Positions 1 through 12,591 of a stretch of 64,000 nucleotides of DNA are shown here, in pieces. Below the pieces are notes generated by a model. The model was not told the origin of the DNA, ran no database searches, and was given only the letters and a program-made list of their open reading frames with translations. Numbering within the stretch: position 1 is the stretch's first letter; every line of letters starts with the position of its first letter. The position numbers and the translations under genes were made by a program. The DNA comes from Eledone cirrhosa (taxonomy: Eukaryota), in the NCBI GenBank assembly GCA_964016885.1, contig OZ024741.1:358546001-358610000 (forward strand), written 5' to 3'.

Positions 1-758
1 CTTGATGCTCATCTTGATAAATTCAAGGGGAACATACTCTGAAGAGGAAGGTGAGTGCTTCCATCAGGGTATACTTGACTTTGAATGTCGCTGCCAAGGA
101 TCATATAAGGAAAACATGATGGGAGATTATAAAAAGGTGCTGGTTCGTGGAAGCAATTTGCAGCTTAAACGTAAATCCAGAAAACTCACTCACTTCTATG
201 TTTTTTGTATAATCCTAGAATAAATAAATGCTACTTTTTGAATCATGTCATTTTATTTCAACTTTGCTTGAATGAGAATGTTCACATTTAGCAGTTTTCC
301 AATGGGCTTAGATATATCTAGAAATATAATTTTCATGGCCATAAAAGCAAAGTTTTAAGAAAATATTAGCCATTTTTAATACTTTCTAGGCATAAGCAAA
401 TAGAAAATAATAGTTGCTACCCAAGGACAAAAGTCGTTTTACACAGTGTAAATTAAGGAATTAAGCAAAACATTTAATATCTTGATTCAAAGATTTCATA
501 TTGAACTATAAAACAGCCTCCTTCAGCTTGAGGAGGAAGCAAACACTCTGAAATTGTTAGTAATAATGTGGAGTCAGTTTAGCCATAATGAAAAATGAGG
601 TTTCTACTAATCAACCATTATACAGGAGACATTGTCACAAGAAATTCTTGTGTAAATCACAAAACTGTACAATTACCTTTTCATTCACTTTGGTTACAAT
701 ATAAACATTGAATAGCAGAAGTGAAGTCAGGTGATAAAATGTGATTTTGATATTTTAG

Positions 759-895
759 GAAAATTTGATGCTGGACAGAATTTGGCTCGTGGATTTTTGA
801 ATTGGGAACGGGCTGTAAATGGATGGTACATTGAAATAAATGACTTCACCTATAAAGGAACCAATGAATTAGTAAAGACAGGACATTACACTCAG
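759..895 (+). CDS. CAP/CRISP-family gene, internal exon A (CAP domain: GQNLA...W..E...GHYTQ); upstream exons lie outside the window or were not recognised
   Basis: Acceptor tattttag|GA at 758/759 and donor CAG|gtaaga at 895/896. Translates (G)KFDAGQNLARGFLNWERAVNGWYIEINDFTYKGTNELVKTGHYTQ. GHYTQ is the first half of the CAP signature GHYTQxVW. Confidence 0.93.
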
Positions 896-961
896 GTAAG
901 AATAATACATTTAATATATGAATAATGAAAAACATAGCTGATTATTACAAATGGAGAATGG

Positions 962-1275
962 ATATCAAGTTCTTATCATCAGCATCATTCTCATTATCCT
1001 TTTACATCCGAGTTTCCCTGATTGCATTGGTTGGACAGGCCTTTTCCAGAACAGCTTCCTTCCACCTGCTGTGCTCTATCAATTCCAGTAGTTCTGCCCA
1101 GTATTTCCTTGGTCTTCCTCTTCTGCAGCTTCCTTTCATGAGGAACTCCTGGTACTTTTTCACCCAACAATCATCATACATATGCATCACATGTCCATAT
1201 CAGTGTAGTCTTCTCTCATGCACATTACATTTGTCTCTTATTACACCAAATTTTTCTCTCAGCTCATCAATATAT
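962..1275 (-). mobile_element. RTE-clade LINE, decayed 3' fragment
   Basis: Minus-strand translation GH(V)MHMYDDCWVKK...RGRPRKYW matches the C-terminus of the RTE at 4753-5400, followed by a (GAT)-like tail (atcatcagcatca on +). Confidence 0.8.
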
Positions 1276-1439
1276 TGCCATTCAAGGATTTAAAATGGCC
1301 ATTATGTTCTGAGGGAGAAGCACAGCTGGTCAAAATTGAAATGTGGTGGGGTGGAGGTTGATTTTCACCAGTTTACCCTGTTATTCTTTTTTTCAAATTT
1401 TCTTTAATTCCGTTTTTATTTTTGTTCCATAATATCTCA

Positions 1440-1645
1440 TCACCATCATCATCATCATCATTTAACGGCCACTTTCCACACTAGCATGGGTTAGACGAGT
1501 TGTCCTGTTATGAGATAGGCCAGGTCAGGTGACCATGTCTTGCTCATACAGAACTAATTTTGTCTTGGTTTCTACTGGTGGATGCCTTTCCTATGCTTTT
1601 TGTTGTGATACCTACATGACCACTTTACAGATGACACCTACACAA
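1440..1645 (-). mobile_element. RTE 3'-UTR/tail-derived repeat fragment
   Basis: (CAT)n followed by ttccacactagcatgggttagacg...ggatgcctttcc, the reverse complement of the RTE 3' end at 5570-5727. Confidence 0.75.
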
Positions 1646-2113
1646 CCACTTTATTCTGTTCATATGGCAATATTATCAAGCATTGTAATTTATCCTTTAC
1701 TTCTGAAACAAAATACAAATATCCCAATTTTCTTGAAAACTGGGTTTTTTGGTGGGGAAAGCAATTTTTTTCTTTCTCTTTTTTGGCATCATCGATATTC
1801 TTTCTATCACATTTATGTGGTTGACCTAAAAATACATCTTTCTTCTTTGAAATTTTTGTTTGTGTACAATTTATTCTCAAACATTTTCTATGATTGTATG
1901 TTTTTTCGAAGGTATTTAGCTCTTATGACGCTATTATTATTAATATTATTGTTGCTGTATTCTATCGGCTATTTTGCCATGCAGTATTCTATCGGTTAGT
2001 TTGTTAGCCTTGACGGCGACCCTCAGTGCCTACCTCACAATTCCCCCCCCCCCTCACACCACCATAGCCTATTCGACCAATCAAACCTCAGCATGCCATT
2101 TCTTCTGCTGCTG

Positions 2114-2159
<46 letters not shown>
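2114..2159. repeat. (TAC)n microsatellite in the probable RTE 5' UTR
   Basis: Direct reading of the sequence. Confidence 0.95.
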
Positions 2160-2304
2160 CTAACTAACTCTCTCCTCCTCTGTCCCAGCCCAACATACCC
2201 TGCCATTATCCCACCACTACTGTCTTCTAGCCCTCAATTTTCCTACCGTTATGGATGGATGAGCTGAGAATAAATTTGAGCAACTCTGAATCAATAGATG
2301 AAAT

Positions 2305-5300
2305 ATGAATCTGCGAGCTACCAAGCACCCATGTGAAGCGCCAATCCAGAGACCCTTCCCTACAAGTGTCGACAAATGCCCAAAACTCCGAATTGGTACC
2401 ATCAATGTAGGCTCAATGAAAGGAAGAGCAGGAGAAATCGTAGAAATGCTAGAGCGAAAGGAAATTGATGTATGCTGTGTGCAAGAGACTAGATGGAGAG
2501 GAGAGTCTGCCAGAGTCCTTGTAGGAAAAAGTCGGTGCTACAAATTTTTCTGGGTGGGAAATGACGATGGGATGGGTGGTGTAGGTATACTACTAGCTGA
2601 CAAGTGGGTAGATAAAGTAATCTCAGTGTACAGGGTAAATGCAAGAATCATTAAACTCAGACTAGTCCTGAATAAAACAATTACCACAATAATATCAGCT
2701 TACGCACCCCAATCTGGGCTGCCAGACGAACTTAAGGATAGGTTTTACGTGTCCCTAATGCACACTACTGCTCTAACAGACGACAATGGCTTCCTAATCA
2801 TCGCAGGACATTTTAACGGACACGTAGGTAAACACTGCGACGGCTTCAATAGAGTACATGGAGGCCATGGGGTTGGCACAAGAAATGAGGAAGGATTCAG
2901 ACTTCTAGAATTCTGCGATGCCAATGACATGGTCGATATGTAACACAAACTTTAAAAAACCCGACAACCACCTGATCACCTACAGATCAGGGGAGCACTC
3001 CAGTCAGATAGATTTTATCCTCATCAGAGGACGTGACAGATGGACGGTCGTAAACACAAAAGCCTTCCCTAGTGAGGAATGTACATCCCAACATAGCTTA
3101 GTTGTCAGCGACCTCACGGTCAGAACTAGACGAACCTGGAAACAGAGGCTAACCTGGAGAAGAAAGATCTGGACGCTGAAAGACCCCTCAACCAGTAACA
3201 GATTTAAAGATATTTTACTCAACGCCTACGACAGTAAAGAAGAACAGATAGAGACATTCAATGTAGAAGAGAACTGGGAGTTTCTAAAAGATAATTTACT
3301 AGAGGCGACGGATGAGGTCTGTGGCTGGAGTAAGACCTCAAGCAGGAGGAGAGTGACTTGGTGGTGGAACAATAAGGTAGATGAAGCAGTTAAGGCCAAG
3401 AGACAGGCATGGAAAGAATGGAAGAACGGGGGGAGCAGGGTACATTACATAGAGACCAAGAGGGAAGCTAGGCGACAAGTATACTTAGCTAGGAGGGAAG
3501 CAGAGGATAGAAAATTCAAGCATGTTTTGCAACGTGAGGACCAGAAACAGGAGGTGGTCAAGATTGCGAGGCAGTGTGTCAGAGATAGTTGTGATGTCAT
3601 TGGAGAGAAGTGTATCCGGAATGATAAAGGTGAGCTTGCCCTCACAAGTGCTGAGAAGAAAGATGCATGGAAGAGTTATTATGATAGATTACTAAATGAG
3701 GAGAATGCATGGGAAGAAGAGACCCTACCCCAAGTAGACCCTATAGAGGGGCCAGCAGTACAAGTCAGCAGCAACGTAGTAAGTAAGGCAATCAAAGATT
3801 TGAAGATGGGGAAGGCAACCGGTCCATCGGGTATAGCTGCCGAGATGCTGAAGGCATCTGGGTCTGTAGGTCACACTGTAACCACACGTATTGTTAACCA
3901 GGTAATACTAGACGGTGTCATACCAAAAGATTGGTGCAGTAGCATCATTGTCAACTGCTACAAAGGTAAAGGTGATGCACTAGATAGAGGAAACTATAGA
4001 GGTATAAAGTTGATGGACCAGGTCATGAAAGTAACAGAAAGAGTTATAGCACAGTTGATTAGGGACCGGGTGAAAATAGATGAGATCCAATTTGGGTTTG
4101 TACCAGGAAGAGGCACCACTGATGCTCTCTTCCTTGTGAGGCAGTTACAGGAAAAGTACCTAGCTAAAAGTAAGCCACTCTACTTGGCATTTGTCGACCT
4201 TGAGGAAGCCTTTGACAGAGTTCCAGGTGCTGTAATCTGGTGGGCTCTTAGAAAACTAGGAGTAGATGAATGGCTTGTGAAAGTGGTACAAGCCATGTAT
4301 AGGGGAGCAGTCAGCAAAGTTAGTATTAGCAATGAGTATAGCGAGGAATTTAGCGTACAGGTTGGGGTCCACCAGGGCTCTGTTCTTAGATCCCTCCTGT
4401 TCATCATAGTCCTGCAGGCAATAATGGAGGAGTTTAAGACCGGATGCCCACGGGAACTCCTGTATGCTGATGACCTCGCACTTATAGCTGAATCTATGGT
4501 AGAACTAGAGAATAAATTCCAAACTTGGAAGCAGGGACTAGAAAGAAAGGGTCTCAAAGTCAACATGATAATGACTAAGGTCCTTGTAAGTAGACGAGAA
4601 AACAGAACCCAGATCCCCTCAGGGAAATGGCCTTGCTCAGTATGTAGGAAAGGTGTAGGTAGGAACTCCATTCTCTGCCCCAAATGCAAACAATGGGTAC
4701 ACAAGAGATGTAGCGGGATCTCAGGAAGCTTAATTAAGAATGTAGGCTTCACATGCAGCAGCTGTGCTGGGACAGCAAACAGCCACAGGAAACAAGTACC
4801 ACCAATCTCTGGGAGGGCTCTGTAGAAACAGTATACAGCTTCTGCTACCTAGGTGACCGAATTAGCAGTGGAGGTGGGTGTTCAGAAAGTACAATAACTA
4901 GGGTAAGAACGGGATGGAAGAAGTTTAGGGAACTACTACCACTGCTAGCTGCAAAAGGCTTCTCCCTCACAATGAAAGGCAGACTGTATGATGCGTGTAT
5001 CCGAACAGTGATATTGCATGGTAGTGAGACCTGGGCGCTGAAGGTGGAAGATTTACGTAGATTAGAGAGAAACGAAGCCTGCATGCTCCGATGGATGTGT
5101 AATAGTAATATACGTGTACGACAAAGCATAAATAAATTGAGAGAGAGACTGAGCATAAGAGGAATCAAATGGTGTGTGCAGGAGAGGCGGTTGCGCCGGT
5201 ATGGACATGTGATGCGTATGAAGGATGACAGCTGCATAAAAAGGTGCAGAGCACTAGAAGTCGATGGAAACCGCGGAGTGGGGAGACCCAAGATGACCTG

Positions 5301-5400
5301 GGATGAGGTGATAAAAGCCGACCTTACCCAATTACACCTCTCAAAGGCAATGACACACGACCATGATCTCTGGCGTCACGCAGTAATACAGAGTACCTGA
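2305..5400 (+). pseudogene. Endonuclease / reverse transcriptase ORF of the RTE, split by two frameshifts (~2936 and ~4800)
   Basis: ORFs 2305-2943, 2918-4825 and 4753-5400 are consecutive parts of one protein. An extra G in gtc-g-ata-tgt-aac breaks V-I-C-N-T. Conserved positions are substituted (GDFN to GHFN, KAFD to EAFD, LSP to LRS). Confidence 0.92.
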
Positions 5401-5974
5401 CCTCCCATGGGTACAAGCTGAAGCATATAGACAATATGCCCCCACACCCCCACCGCAAGGTGGTCGTGGAGGTGCCACGGCAAAAAAAGCACCCAGCCCA
5501 CACTGTAAAGTGGACGTGTAGGCGCCACGGAAAAGCACCCAGCACTCACTGTAAATGAGGTTGGTGTTAGGAAGGGCATCCAGCTGTAGAAATCAAGCCA
5601 AATCAGTTCCTGTATGAGCAAGGCATGGTCAGCCGACCAGATACTGCCCACAACAGGACAACCCGTCTAACCCATGCTAGCGTGGAAGAACGGACGTAAA
5701 ACGGTGATGATGATGATGATGATGATGTGTTGTCTGTCATCTCGGTTATAGCTTCCCCATGCCAATATGAGTTGTCAAATCTACCTCTTCTTATAAAACA
5801 AACAAAAAATGTCCTCATGTTCTATTGTGTGAGTCAGTTTTCTATAATCTCAGTCACTCCTCCACCACAATAGGTCTTTGAAACAAGACTTTGTATGTAA
5901 TAGACGTTTAGGGTCAATTAATTAAGAGTGCCAGTGATACAAACCTTTTTCAATCACAGGAAGGATCCATAGAA

Positions 5975-6580
5975 GTGACTGAATAGCTTCTGCTAGATAG
6001 ATGATATAATTAGTAGTGGAAGATGGTGCTTTGAGAGCATAGTAGCTAAAATAAAGACATGGTGGCAGAAGTTAGGGAGCTACTACTTCTATTGACAACA
6101 AAGGGTTTCTCGCTATGAACAAAAGGATGGCTGTATGATGCATGTATGTGAAGTGCAATGCTGCATGGTAGTGAGACATGGGCAGTGAATGCAGAAGATT
6201 TGCAAAGGGTGCTGAAAAATGAAGCAAGCATGCTTCAATAGATGTGCAATGTTAATGTACGTGAACAACAAAGTATGGATGAACTGAGAGAGAAACTGAG
6301 TGTAAGAGTAATCATATATTGTGTTCAAAAGAGGAGACTTCATTGATATGGACATGTGATGAGCATGGATGGCTATCGCTGGTTGGAGAAGTGCCAAGAA
6401 ATGCCAGTGGAAAGAAGCAACAGTAAAGGAAGACCAGGGACAATATAGGTGGAGGTAGTGAGAGTAGATTACAAATTGCTGAAGCTCACAGAGGAAATGT
6501 CAGAGGAACACAATGAGTGGAGAGATGCTGTGATGAAAAAACCCCACCCAACTCATACAGATGTAAAATGATGATGATGC
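5975..6580 (+). mobile_element. Older 5'-truncated RTE copy (C-terminal region and GAT tail)
   Basis: Homologous to 4830-5400: gttagggagctactac, ctgtatgatgcatgtat, catggtagtgagacatgggc, tatggacatgtgatg, ggaagacc. Ends aaaatgatgatgatg. Many stop codons. Confidence 0.9.
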
Positions 6581-7399
6581 TTATTGCATCATTTTGGAAA
6601 TAAATTATAATGATTGTTGCCTCACCAATTATATTAACACTATGGCACATAGTGCAAGACTTGTAGCCAGTCCTTACTGCTTGCAAATATTTCATCTCTG
6701 TCTTCTTTCTCATTTAGTTCATGAAAAACACTTTTTCTTATCACAAATGATCACTAGACTCAATGGAATGTTTTTCTCTGGTTCAAGTCTTCCATCCACA
6801 ATAATAATCACTTTTTGTTTGTTCCTTTAAATTATGAGAATAATTTATTTGCTGTATGGGCAGTTTTTTTTTTTTCTCTGTATTTTTTCCAGTCAGGCTT
6901 ACAGTCAACAGATGGAAATTCATAGCCCTTCAAATACTAGTCTAACCATCACCACCTTTTATTCAGCGAATGACCTTTATTTTATCTTCTAAAGATATAG
7001 TTTGTCATGATTCCTTGATGACATAAGCACTTCAATTTCGCTAATTTCTACTTTTCTGATATGGCTGTTCTATTTAAATTTGTATTATTACACAATAACT
7101 TCAATTTAAAACAGAATACAGTTTGAACAGTAAACAATTTTGAATAGTAAGGAAATAAATATTGCTTATAATCACTATTAACTCACAAAATATCATCTGA
7201 AGAAACTAAATAACTATTCTAATTAGTATATGAATGGTTCTACCATTTCATCTTATATTTACAATGGTTAAAATGTAATTCAAATTACTGAAGAATCTGT
7301 GAAAATAATACATGAAAGAGATGCTTCTGATGCAGAATCTTTTATTAGTTTCAACAATAATTATTCAGTTGACAATAACCATTCAGTCATTTGATCAAC

Positions 7400-7690
7400 T
7401 GATTGTCTGAGTCACTGATTAACATGTAAAGAATTGAGTATTCTATAGACATGTGTATCCTTAATATAATTCTCAGGCAAAATCAGTATGGCACATTATG
7501 TGACAAGGCAGGACATTTGAATTCATGTACAGCCTGAATGATGGACTTTCTCACAGCTTCCGTCTACTGACACAACTGGGGTTGAATTGAAGCTATGATA
7601 AATGGCACTTATCCAAAATGTCGTGCAAAGATACTGAACCTGGGACTTCATGATTGTAAAGCAAACCTCTTAAACACTCTTCCATGTCTG
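7400..7690 (-). mobile_element. Decayed tRNA-derived SINE
   Basis: The reverse complement starts with a tRNA-like head (agtgtttaagaggtttgc...ccaggttcagtatc) resembling the heads at 15451 and 48085. Confidence 0.5.
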
Positions 7691-8025
7691 CATCCACATT
7701 GTTGTTGTAATATGACTAAGAATCTTAGCTACTTTCTACAGCAAGAATGGGTGACAGACATTAGTGACACATTATTTATCAGGATTAATATCAAATAGTG
7801 TACTCAATAAATAAATAAGTGAACAGGCGAATATAGTTAGCACCCAACATGTGATTTAGTAATAATTTGATAATGTACATAATTTCTGATGAATTATATA
7901 AGTGCTGTGGATTAAAGGGAAATATTGTGACATGCTGAAGAGAGTTCTCCAGATTAAACTATATGCATTGTTTGGATAGAGAAGCTATGTAAAGAGAATA
8001 TTCAAATTAATTTTTAATTTTATAG

Positions 8026-8114
8026 ATGGTCTGGGGTTCCACTGCTACTATTGGATGTGGTTATTCTGAATGTTCAAATATAGGAAGATTGTATGTGTGC
8101 AATTATGGTCCAGG
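8026..8114 (+). CDS. CAP/CRISP-family gene, exon B (CAP domain C-terminus)
   Basis: Acceptor ttttatag|ATG and donor GG|gtaagt. A phase 0 join completes GHYTQ-MVW. Translates MVWGSTATIGCGYSECSNIGRLYVCNYGPG, containing the GC and YVCNYxPxGN CAP motifs. Confidence 0.95.
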
Positions 8115-8221
8115 GTAAGTTGATGCTTTCAAATATTTTATAACATATCTGCTTCATGTTCATAACAAAGCTTAAGAGAAACTTGAGATTAATTAATGTA
8201 TTCAATTTCAATACATTTAAT

Positions 8222-8330
8222 AGTTGTTTCTACTTTTGGCACAAGGCCAGCAATTACCCACTACATTACTGGTACTTTATGTTATCGACTCCGTAAGGAT
8301 GAAAGGAAAAGTTAACCTCAACGGGATTTA
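8222..8330 (-). mobile_element. Truncated copy of the SINE family at 10809-10995
   Basis: tgtttctacttttggcacaaggccagcaatt...actggtactttatgttatcgac...aggatgaaagg is the reverse complement of that SINE's 3' half. Confidence 0.85.
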
Positions 8331-8569
8331 ATAGTGAAGGTTTATAAGTAAATTGTGAAAACTTCAATTAAATATTTTACATATATCTAGTTTACTAAAT
8401 TGCTGATGTGTTGGCAATGTTCGTTTTTTGTTGTTTTAATTTACTAACAACAACGAGTTAAGAATTTCACATGTCTGAGTGGGTGAGAATTCTGACAATG
8501 ACGGCAGGAAGTGAGGCCAAAACAGAAATAGGCCTATATTTGATGAGACTAAATTAATTATTGGCAGTG

Positions 8570-11500
8570 TCAGTAGAACATCAGATAGAATACTTTATGA
8601 CATTCGTTCCAACCCTGTGTTATCTCTGAGTTCAAATATTGATCTTCCCATTGATCCACATCTAAATCCAGACATTTTACATTTTCGTAAATAGAATCTT
8701 TGTACCTCTTCTTAGCTTGTACTGCAGTCATTTTCCTTGCACAAGCTACCATAAAAGTTGTCCTTTCGAAGCCAAATGTCATTCATGCAAACAAGATGCC
8801 CCTCCCCAATGCTCTGACTCTTAATGACAAGGGGACTGATTGCATAGCACCCCGATCTTTGTAAAACTTCTGTATCAGGTGTCATGCTTCTCCATTTAAT
8901 ACCTAGGATCTGCCAAAAGTATTTTTGGTGGAATCTTTCAAATATCTTAAAATGCAACTAGTGAGTGGTCCGTGCTTCACACCCATACAACAAAACTGTA
9001 AGCACACATGCCTTATACACAGTTATTTTTGTCTATAATCTTATGCCTCTGTGTGACCACACCCTTTTCCCTAATTTTCCAAATGCAGCATTTGCTTTCT
9101 ATACTCAAAGATGTATTTCTTTCTGTATCTAAACTCTCATCTCTTGACAGAGTATTCATATATATATTTGGCACAAGATAAGGTGCACCTGGTGCTGTGC
9201 TGGAGTGTACATCAACTTAGTTTTAGTTAAGCTTACAATGAGCCCCAAAAAGCACATACTTCAGAAAATGTATTCCTTTTTTACTGCAAGTCTGCTTCTG
9301 AATGTACAACAAAGTCCACATTATCAGCACACAAAAGTTATTGTATTAAAATGTTGAATGTCACAGATTTATTATTAAATGTTTTTAAATTAAAGACCTG
9401 CCCTGATGTTCAAAAACGCAGGTTTATGCCTCGATTACAGTTGTGGAATGCATAAGGAAGGAGAATGGCGAAGTATAAATAGTGTTGGGCAGCAATGTCC
9501 TCTTGCTTAACACCATTGTCCTCAGAAATTTGTGATGAAAGTTTTCTGTTTTGATGCTGTTTGAAGATGGGCAAAAATATCTGTGGACAGCCTAAATTTA
9601 CTAAGAATGATCCATTAGGCTTCTCTGTTGACAGTATCAAAAACCTTAGACAAGTCGATAAAAACTTGATAGAAAGGCAAGTGCTGTTCTATGCATTTTT
9701 CCTCCAGCTGTCTAGCCTAGAATATCATATCCACTGTTCTCCTTCCTGCTCTGAAACCAGATTGAGTTACTGGAAGATTCAGTGGACATATATTTTCCAA
9801 AGGTGATCCAGCATCAACCTAGATAATACCTTTCCAACAGATTCTAGAAGTGTGATCCCATGGAAGTTTTTATGATTGGATCTTTTTCATTTACCTTTGT
9901 AAATGGTGATTGAGATTCCATCAACCCAGTCTCATGGTATTGATGCTCCTTCCCAAAATTTCACAAGAAATGAATTGATAACCAATGATATGTGGACTCC
10001 TCCAGCTTTCAATAACTCAACTGGAATCCCATCTAACCCTGGTGCCTTGTCTAAGTTTACCTTTGAGGTTGCCATTCTGATTTCTTCAATAGTCAGTGGA
10101 TTGTCCATTGATAATAATATATCATGCTGAGGCAGACTTTCTATAACATCATAGTTGACAATAGAAGAATTGTAAAAAAAAAAAAGGTCAGAGGAATGTT
10201 CTTTCTATCTCTTCATGATGTTATCTGGGTCTTTATAGAGAACTACATCCTTCGATGTCATAGGGACAAGTGAAGATGATTGAGGGCCAAATGATTGTTG
10301 TAATGTGGCATAGAACATTTTACTATCCTTACTATTAAAGGTAGCTTGCACTTCTGGATATGCCTTTGACCACCAATCATTTTTCATCCTTCTCAGTTCA
10401 CATTGTAATGTGGCTTTGTATTCTTTTTATATCTTCTCAGTAGCAGGTTGGGTTGAGGGATTCTAATCCAGGATCTTTTCATAGAGTGTCTGTTTTATTT
10501 TCAGTAACTGATTGACAAAAGGATAGTTATTATGAAACTAGAGTTCATGTTTTTTTCACACTATAACCAAGTACATCTGCTCCTGTGGAATAAACTTGGT
10601 CTTTAAAATGTTACCTTGTGCCATCCAGTTCTAGACTATCAAGCTGTTTGAATAAGGTTTGATATACCAGACTCTGTTTTCTAACATCAATATGATTCAG
10701 AATCTTGACCCACTCATACGGATATGAAATTTAAACTTTCCTCTCACTAGCTTGCGATCTGTGTCACATTCTACACCACGTATCACATGTACATTATACA
10801 CACCAATGGCCGGTGGATTGGCAGTATCGGTAGAGGGTCAGACGCCATGCTTTGCAGCAAAGAGTTATGGCCCTTTATAGTCTGAGTTCAAATCCCATCG
10901 AGGTTAAATTTGCCTTTCATCCTTATGGGGTCGATAAAATAAAGTACCAGTAATACACTGGGATAATTGCTGGCCTTGTGCCAAAAGTAGAAACAATTAT
11001 ACACACTAATGAGATCACGTTTACAGTTACTGGTAAAATCAATTATGTGCCCATGCTTTGATCTTGGATGAGTCCATATAATTTTGAGTTTAAGTTTGAT
11101 CTGAAGAAAATGTTGCAAATCATCAAATTGAGTTCTGATCTAAGTCCAAGTAGCTTCAGACCATTTTCATTCACTTTACCAATGCCATGCCGGCCAAGAA
11201 CATTCCAAGTTTCCCAGTCCTGTCCAACAGGTACATTGAAGTCACCAAGAAGTATTAGCTTGTCATCATTTGGTGTTGAAGTAATGGCAGTATGAAGGCT
11301 TTCATAGAAAGTCATAAGTTTCTTCATTGGCTTAAAGAGTTGAAGTATAAATTGAATAGATTGTCACAAAACGTAGAGAGGAACATGTACTTTCATTATG
11401 TAGTCAATAATGTCAGATAGGCACTTTAAATGTTTTGTCAATGTTGTTCTGATAGCAAAACCGACCACACCTTCTTGATGCTCGCCTTTGGGCTTACCAA

Positions 11501-12010
11501 CCCAGAAAAGTGTATATCCTGATGATACTTTAGTTAACTGATCTTCACTTTACAGTTGCATTTCTGAGAGAGCTGCAATACCTATATTCAATCTTTGAAG
11601 CTCTTTTGTTACAAGTGAAGTACTTCTTTCTAACCAGTTTGATGAATTCTAGTCCAAAAGTGTTCTAACTTTCCAACAACAAAGGTTGAGCTGAACTTGC
11701 TCTTTTGCAATTAATTAAGCATATCTATAATATTTTCTGTTCCTGCTGACATAACCCACCATGAGTCACATGGAACTAAACAGTGTTGATGTGACAGGCA
11801 TTGTTCAGTTCACCTTTTCTAACACCTTCCTAACACATTGGGTGAGCAGTGTTCTCCCTAACAAGGCTGCTCAGACACAAGAGCCTCCACCGAAGATAGT
11901 CCCTGTCACTGGAAGACATAACAATGATGTTAAGATAAGACCTCTGCCACTTATTTACAGATTTGTAATTGTGTGCTTCTAACTGATTAGGTCTGCACAC
12001 GTCACCACTC
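8570..12010 (-). mobile_element. Highly decayed, near full-length RTE (BovB-like subgroup), antisense in the CAP gene intron
   Basis: Minus-strand fragments LILLGDFNVPVG...GIGKVNENG (endonuclease), WTHPRSKHGHIIDF, DKAPGLDGIP, GVKQ, CADN (decayed YADD) and ERFHQ...ILGIKW occur in collinear order with many stops and frameshifts. Confidence 0.88.
10809..10995 (+). mobile_element. tRNA-derived SINE nested in the antisense RTE, with 16-bp target-site duplication
   Basis: A-box-like tggcagtatcgg, B-box gagttcaaatccc, body gcctttcatccttatggggtcgataaaataaagtaccag. Flanked by attatacacaccaatg (10793-10808) and attatacacactaatg (10996-11011). Confidence 0.92.
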
Positions 12011-12591
12011 CTCCATCACTATAGGACTTTTAACAGATGAGAAGATCATGAAAGAAACATTAGTACATCATTGGATTATAGTGGTAAAATCTTGTACAAC
12101 ACAAGTAGCACTCTCTAAGTTTCAGTGAATATTATCTGATGACAAACCTACTGAGGCTAGACTGGTCAGGTGATCACATTCTGCTTGTATATTGCTTTGG
12201 CTTGGTTTCTATGGCTTCATGCCTTTCCTAGCACCAACCACTATACAGCATGCACCAGGAGCATTTTACCATGACTCTGGCATTATCATCTTACATGTTG
12301 GGTTGGGTGCTTTCTATCATGGGAACCAGCACTACTACCTTACATGGTGGATAACTACTTAAATATTATCTTACAAATCCTTGAGTCAGTCACAGGTTTC
12401 TAGGTTTTAAATAACTCCAGCAAATAATATATTATTTTCTAGAGTGGGAAACAGATTATCTACATACAAAGAGTGACATATACATTAATTACTTTATGAA
12501 TTCTTTACTAAGTATATTTCTCATTTTAATTTACTATTTTCTGTCATATATAACTTGAGCATTCTACATAATTTTGTGTTTCATTTCCTAT

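Larger units (their letters stand above)
2000..5727 (+). mobile_element. RTE-clade non-LTR retrotransposon, near full length, inactivated (5' boundary approximate)
   Basis: AP-endonuclease motifs (TINV, CVQETRW, SAYAPQ, G[H]FNGHVG, QIDFIL), RT motifs (NYRGI, QFGF, FVDLE.AFDRV, GVHQGS, YADD), YLG, RTE C-terminus (YGHVMRM...GRPKMTW) and a (GAT)n tail at 5706-5726. Confidence 0.96.

Noticed and set aside
520-570. Second hammerhead-like motif (ttgagga...gaaa)
   Set aside because: The core deviates from CTGANGA and I could not find stem I or stem III pairing.
3004-5291. Antisense ORFs over the RTE (e.g. 4180-4752, 4845-5291)
   Set aside because: Shadow frames of the retrotransposon ORF with no independent motifs.
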